DNA of 20,000 nt from an uncultured virus (IMG/VR IMGVR_UViG_3300017782_000009) (Duplodnaviria > Heunggongvirae > Uroviricota > Caudoviricetes): the IMG/VR virus record IMGVR_UViG_3300017782_000009, one strand, 5' to 3'. The stretch's first letter is position 1. Every line of letters starts with the position of its first letter. Below are positions 16,034 through 20,000 of this stretch, one piece after another. The notes beneath the pieces are model-generated. The model did not search any database and was not told the DNA's origin. It saw nothing but the letters and a program-made list of their open reading frames with translations. The position numbers and the translations under genes were made by a program.

Positions 16034-17458
16034 ATGACAAGACAGAATACAGATTATGGATATGATATACAAAAAGTATATCTAGAAATGATGATGACAG
16101 ATGCTGAGACATTTGTTAGATGCCAAACAGTTTTTAATCCAAAGGCATTTGATAGACGCTTAGAGGCACCTGCTAAGTTCTTGAATGATTATGTAACTGA
16201 ACATAATGCTATGCCCACGTTTGATATGATCAATGCGGCAACAGATGCAAATTTAAAACACCCTGGCGATTTACAAGAGAATCATTATGATTGGCTACTG
16301 TTAGAGTTTGAAACGTTTAGTAGACACAAGGCACTTGAAGCGGCAATCTTAAAGGGTGCTGACTTATTAGAGCAGGGTGAGTATGGACCTGTTGAAGACT
16401 TAGTCAAGAAGGCTGTACAGATTGGATTGCAAAAAGACTTGGGTACAAACTATTTTGCTGACCCTAGAGCTAGACTAGAAGGTATTAAGAGTACAAACGG
16501 ACAAGTAAGTACAGGTTGGGCCGCTATTGATAAGAAACTATTCGGTGGGTTCAATAGAGGAGAGCTGAATATCTTTGCAGGTGGTTCGGGTGCAGGTAAG
16601 AGTTTGTTCTTGGCTAACCTAGGAGTTAACTGGGCTCTTGCAGGCATGAACGTATTATACTTGACCCTAGAGCTTAGTGAAGCATTAGTTAGTATGAGGG
16701 TAGACAGTATGGTTACTGGCATACCTAGTAGAGATGTATTCAAGAGCATTGATGATGTTGAGATGAAGGTTAAGATGATTGGCAAGAAGTCAGGAGCCTT
16801 TCAAGTTAAGTATATGCCCTCAGGTAAAACGCCTAATGACGTAAGAAGTTATATCAAAGAGTTTGAAATTAAGACAGGTAAAAAGATTGACGTACTGTTA
16901 ATTGACTACTTGGACTTGCTTATGCCTAATGGTGCAAAGGTAAGTGCAGAGAACTTGTACATCAAAGACAAGTATGTATCGGAAGAGTTGCGTAACCTAG
17001 CAATGGAATTGAACACAGTATTTGTTACAGCGGCACAGTTGAACAGGGGTGCTGTTGAAGAAATTGAATTTGATCACAGTCATATATCAGGTGGACTTAG
17101 TAAGATTCAAACAGCAGATAACGTACTAGGTATCTTTACTAGTAGAGCTATGCGTGAGCGTGGGCGTTATCAATTACAGTTAATGAAAACACGTAACAGT
17201 GGCGGTGTAGGTCAAAAGATTGATCTAGGCTTTGATGTAGACACACTACGTATTATAGATCTTGATGAAGATGATGATGATACAAACAGTTTTGGAACAA
17301 CTAAAACTAGCACAAGCAGTATAGTAGACAATCTAAAACGTTCGAACACACCATCACAAGATCCAAGTGACGGAGCGCCTGTACCCAAGATAAAAGCAGA
17401 AGCTGATAGTACAGCTCTTAGAAGTTTTATTAATAACTTGCCAGGTGATGATATTTAA
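16034..17458 (+). CDS. Replicative DNA helicase, T4 gp41/DnaB-like
   Basis: STGW..ID, AGGSGAGKS Walker A, TLEL, LIDYLDL, TAAQLNR and KTRN. Acidic, low-complexity C-terminal tail. Confidence 0.93.
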   Translation: MTRQNTDYGYDIQKVYLEMMMTDAETFVRCQTVFNPKAFDRRLEAPAKFLNDYVTEHNAMPTFDMINAATDANLKHPGDLQENHYDWLLLEFETFSRHKALEAAILKGADLLEQGEYGPVEDLVKKAVQIGLQKDLGTNYFADPRARLEGIKSTNGQVSTGWAAIDKKLFGGFNRGELNIFAGGSGAGKSLFLANLGVNWALAGMNVLYLTLELSEALVSMRVDSMVTGIPSRDVFKSIDDVEMKVKMIGKKSGAFQVKYMPSGKTPNDVRSYIKEFEIKTGKKIDVLLIDYLDLLMPNGAKVSAENLYIKDKYVSEELRNLAMELNTVFVTAAQLNRGAVEEIEFDHSHISGGLSKIQTADNVLGIFTSRAMRERGRYQLQLMKTRNSGGVGQKIDLGFDVDTLRIIDLDEDDDDTNSFGTTKTSTSSIVDNLKRSNTPSQDPSDGAPVPKIKAEADSTALRSFINNLPGDDI

Positions 17459-17730
17459 TGGAGTACTACATAGGTTATATTGAATGTAAGTTGCATCATA
17501 ATGAACGCATGGAAGATATATGGATTAGACGTGAACTAGGTGAAAGCCTTTGGTTCACACTAAATCAGCCTTGGTGTACCGTTGTAAAGAAACAGCGTGT
17601 ACCAGAGGCCCTACCAGCAGATGTTTACAAACGTATAGACATATATGCTGAGATAGAGGATAGTGCATGGAACAGTTACTTTGCACTAGCATATCCTAAG
17701 TTAATAAAAGAAACGGTAAAGACATGGTAA
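17458..17730 (+). CDS. Hypothetical protein (90 aa)
   Basis: TAATG coupling with the helicase. Confidence 0.7.
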   Translation: MEYYIGYIECKLHHNERMEDIWIRRELGESLWFTLNQPWCTVVKKQRVPEALPADVYKRIDIYAEIEDSAWNSYFALAYPKLIKETVKTW

Positions 17731-18272
17731 TAACATACGACAAATGGCTAGGCGATGAGGACCTAGTACGCTTTCTAGAAAGACACTTCACTTATAAGAC
17801 TCCACACTACTATATAGAGTATGCTGACAGTACTAATGCACCCAAGACTATATACGGTCGCAATGACAATCAAGAAACTGACAGTCAAATATTTTATTCA
17901 ACAGACTTTGATCCTAACAATGAAATGATCAAGTTTCTAGTTATTAAAGCAATGGAAACAATAGAAGAATGTACAGCCTTTCCTAGCATACAAGCCACAC
18001 AACTAAACTGTGAGCGAGCTCATCTTACTGTACAACACCCCGGACAAGACATTGAATGGCATCAGGACGGTGGTGAAATAACTGCTGTATACACAGCGGC
18101 CACACCCGGTGGTGGTGAATTTGTGTTTGATACTGACGCAGGAACACGTCGAATCAACTTTGAAAAGAATCAATTGTATGTGTTTGATGGTAGTCAAAAA
18201 CACAGAGCTGAAGCACCTGTTGCCAAACGCCCTCGTGTGTTGTTGGTAATGAAGTTTGGAACTACTTCTTAA
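17724..18272 (+). CDS. 2OG-Fe(II) oxygenase superfamily protein
   Basis: WHQDG (HxD), GGGEFVF, VFDG..KHRA (distal His) and PRV (2OG-binding Arg). Confidence 0.85.
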   Translation: MVITYDKWLGDEDLVRFLERHFTYKTPHYYIEYADSTNAPKTIYGRNDNQETDSQIFYSTDFDPNNEMIKFLVIKAMETIEECTAFPSIQATQLNCERAHLTVQHPGQDIEWHQDGGEITAVYTAATPGGGEFVFDTDAGTRRINFEKNQLYVFDGSQKHRAEAPVAKRPRVLLVMKFGTTS

Positions 18273-18423
18273 CTAGATCTTTTTGTGGATCTCTAGTGCT
18301 CGGAGGCGTAGGTTTAATTTCTACAGTGCCTCTTTTGCTAGTAGCATCTATGCTTACACTTACTCCCCAATTGGTATTAGGACGAATTTCACTTGCACTG
18401 CTGTTGTATACTTTTGATGTCAT
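18262..18423 (-). CDS. Small hypothetical protein, 53 aa (not in ORF track)
   Basis: MTSKVYNSSASEIRPNTNWGVSVSIDATSKRGTVEIKPTPPSTRDPQKDLVKK. It fills the gap and is preceded on the minus strand by ATAAATATCAGT-ATG. Confidence 0.6.
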   Translation of the reverse strand: MTSKVYNSSASEIRPNTNWGVSVSIDATSKRGTVEIKPTPPSTRDPQKDLVKK

Positions 18424-18431
18424 ACTGATAT

Positions 18432-19025
18432 TTATCTAGGACACGTCTTCATAGCTCGCTGTATTACATCATAATTGTTCATGACTGCTATACTGGTTAT
18501 GAATGTGGTCTCACGTATCAGTTGGGGATTATAGTCTATTTTGCCATCTAGATTGTTGTCCAGTTGTATCCAACTTGCAAGACTCTTTAACAGCAACACT
18601 TCTTCTAGACTGGGCTTGCGGGGCAGTAAAGGATTTATTTCTACTACACAAGGATAACTTGAACCTTCCATTGTGGTATACACATCAAGTAGATTCATTA
18701 ACACAAACAAACTGATGTGTCTAGGCTGTAGAGGTTCTTGCATTCTAAGTCCATAAAAAGGATTCTGTTTGCGAGCTCTTGATCGATACTCGTCTATGCG
18801 TACACCATCTTGACGTATAAGCTCAAGGTCTAAACTCTCTTGCAGTACATACTGTGGATTAAGGCGAGCCAATTCCGTTCTAACATCAACGGGTGGTATG
18901 TAAGGTTCTGGCTGTACACGAACAGGTTGGGGACGTTCTGGCTTAGTGTCTAAGGGAAGATCCTCAAGAGTGTCCGCTGTTGCTGTACAACATATCGCGA
19001 ACAACGCATACACTAAAGCCCTCAT
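18432..19025 (-). CDS. Secreted/membrane hypothetical protein, DUF5658-like C-terminal region
   Basis: Probable start ATG 19025 follows TAAATA (19031-19036). Signal peptide MRALVYALFAICCTATA. Motif LFVLMNLLDVYTT..G......EINPLL. Confidence 0.65.
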   Translation of the reverse strand: MRALVYALFAICCTATADTLEDLPLDTKPERPQPVRVQPEPYIPPVDVRTELARLNPQYVLQESLDLELIRQDGVRIDEYRSRARKQNPFYGLRMQEPLQPRHISLFVLMNLLDVYTTMEGSSYPCVVEINPLLPRKPSLEEVLLLKSLASWIQLDNNLDGKIDYNPQLIRETTFITSIAVMNNYDVIQRAMKTCPR

Positions 19026-19040
19026 GCAGTTATTTAGCAA

Positions 19041-19125
19041 GCCTGAAAGGTCGGAAGCCCATACAGCCGCGACGCGGTTAACGCAGATTTATACTAAGCG
19101 CGAAGCGTTTGCAACGCAAAAAACG
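19041..19125. repeat. Cluster of short inverted repeats (triloop hairpins)
   Basis: CCT-GAA-AGG (19042-19050), AGCCGC-GAC-GCGGTT (19065-19079), AAGCGC-GAA-GCGTTT (19096-19110) and TTTGC-AAC-GCAAA (19108-19120). Confidence 0.7.
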
Positions 19126-19259
19126 GTAGCGATAATATAGTGTACTAGACTGCCTATATAGAAACCATTAGTGTCAAACCATAGCGACACACCGAAACTA
19201 TAGCCCTAGAACACCCCGTAAAACATGATTGACTAAAAGATGAGTCTTAAACGTAAACT

Positions 19260-19469
19260 CTAGACTGACTTCCACTCTAAACTAGCAGTGCCATTGTATG
19301 CTAGTATAGCGTAGTTCAAGTCTGACTCAGTATCAAATACTAGTACGTCTTCTTCTGGCTGTGTTGTATACACTCCACGCAACAACAAATCCGTAGCAAA
19401 TGTAAATGTGTTAACATCCTTTATGAATGGTGTTGCTGTGTCCTTGTAACCGAACTTGAGTTTGTACAT
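19260..19469 (-). CDS. Hypothetical protein (69 aa)
   Basis: Minus strand reads TATAAGTA, then GGAG SD, then ATG 19469 (MYKLKFGY...). Confidence 0.7.
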   Translation of the reverse strand: MYKLKFGYKDTATPFIKDVNTFTFATDLLLRGVYTTQPEEDVLVFDTESDLNYAILAYNGTASLEWKSV

Positions 19470-19573
19470 ACTGTTACTCCATGTATACACTTACTTATAC
19501 AGTACAACACAGTGTACAGCCTAAAGTCTGACAACTCGCTTAGACTCCGTCGCTCGCTGTAGTAGAGGTAAGT

Positions 19574-19771
19574 ATGTATATGAGTATGTTTACTAATGAT
19601 AAAACTGTAATAGCTAGTATAGAAGCTAAACTTAAAGAACCTGGTAGCAAGATGTTTACACAGCGTATGCTAGAGGAACACGTAATGCGTGAGTTTAAGC
19701 AGCTTAATATATGGAAGGCTAGAACTATAGTAAGAGACGTACTACGCAAAAATGGTCGTATAGTGCTATAA
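19574..19771 (+). CDS. Small basic hypothetical protein
   Basis: GAGG upstream. 65-aa ORF with alternative ATGs at 19580 and 19586. Confidence 0.55.
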   Translation: MYMSMFTNDKTVIASIEAKLKEPGSKMFTQRMLEEHVMREFKQLNIWKARTIVRDVLRKNGRIVL

Positions 19772-20000
19772 AAATTTGTAGCAAAAAAAATTAACCACAC
19801 CTTAGATTTAGCCTAGAAGCAGTGTATATGCTCGAAATGGGTTTTAGCACCTAAAAAAATTACCGCGCAGTTTTTTATATACAAGTACTTACAGATTCTG
19901 GGTGGTGATTTTAACTCACCATATTTTTAAAAGTTGTAGGCTTAAGGCTTAATAAGTTGTTGTTTTTACTAGCGTTTATAAGCCCCGTACCCCCCGGCCA

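Noticed and set aside
114..19800. Short antisense or alternate-frame ORFs (e.g. 3254-3571, 6546-6839, 7395-7739, 9703-9909, 16450-16785, 18946-19140, 19540-19800)
   Set aside because: They are shadows of well-supported genes, with no recognisable motifs or convincing initiation signals.
1..20000. Genome-wide stop-codon reassignment (TGA or TAG)
   Set aside because: Standard-code ORFs are long and tile the window. TGA ends genes at ATGA/GTGA overlaps (2003, 5941, 10172, 10665). Only the primase has a suspicious stop.
19040..20000. tRNA, CRISPR array or rho-independent terminator
   Set aside because: No cloverleaf or T-loop consensus and no regularly spaced direct repeats were seen. The hairpins are short; only 19108-19120 has an adjacent minus-strand T-run, and it overlaps or precedes the stem.

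Overview
AT-rich, densely packed segment of a large T4-like (probably marine) tailed phage genome. Left part (1-4681): glycan-synthesis genes, namely a sugar-isomerase cupin, a GT8-like glycosyltransferase fused to a capsule-biosynthesis (KpsC/KpsS-like) domain, two further paralogs of that domain and a GT-A enzyme. Middle: a UvsW-like helicase, a possible catalytically dead Hint-fold protein, a cupin, a SAM methyltransferase, MetK, tiny metal-binding ORFs, and KdsA plus KdsB (Kdo and CMP-Kdo synthesis). Right: a gp62-like clamp-loader subunit, a zinc-finger protein, a miniaturised (186 aa) DnaE-type polymerase core, a primase with an apparently premature TGA, a gp41/DnaB-like helicase, a 2OG-Fe(II) oxygenase, small minus-strand ORFs and a non-coding stretch with clustered triloop hairpins. 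Sigma70-type and T4-late-like (TAAATA) promoters are both visible. The strongest candidates for undescribed biology are the mini-DnaE operon and a phage-encoded Kdo-glycan pathway. All family assignments come from motif recognition by eye; no database searches were run.
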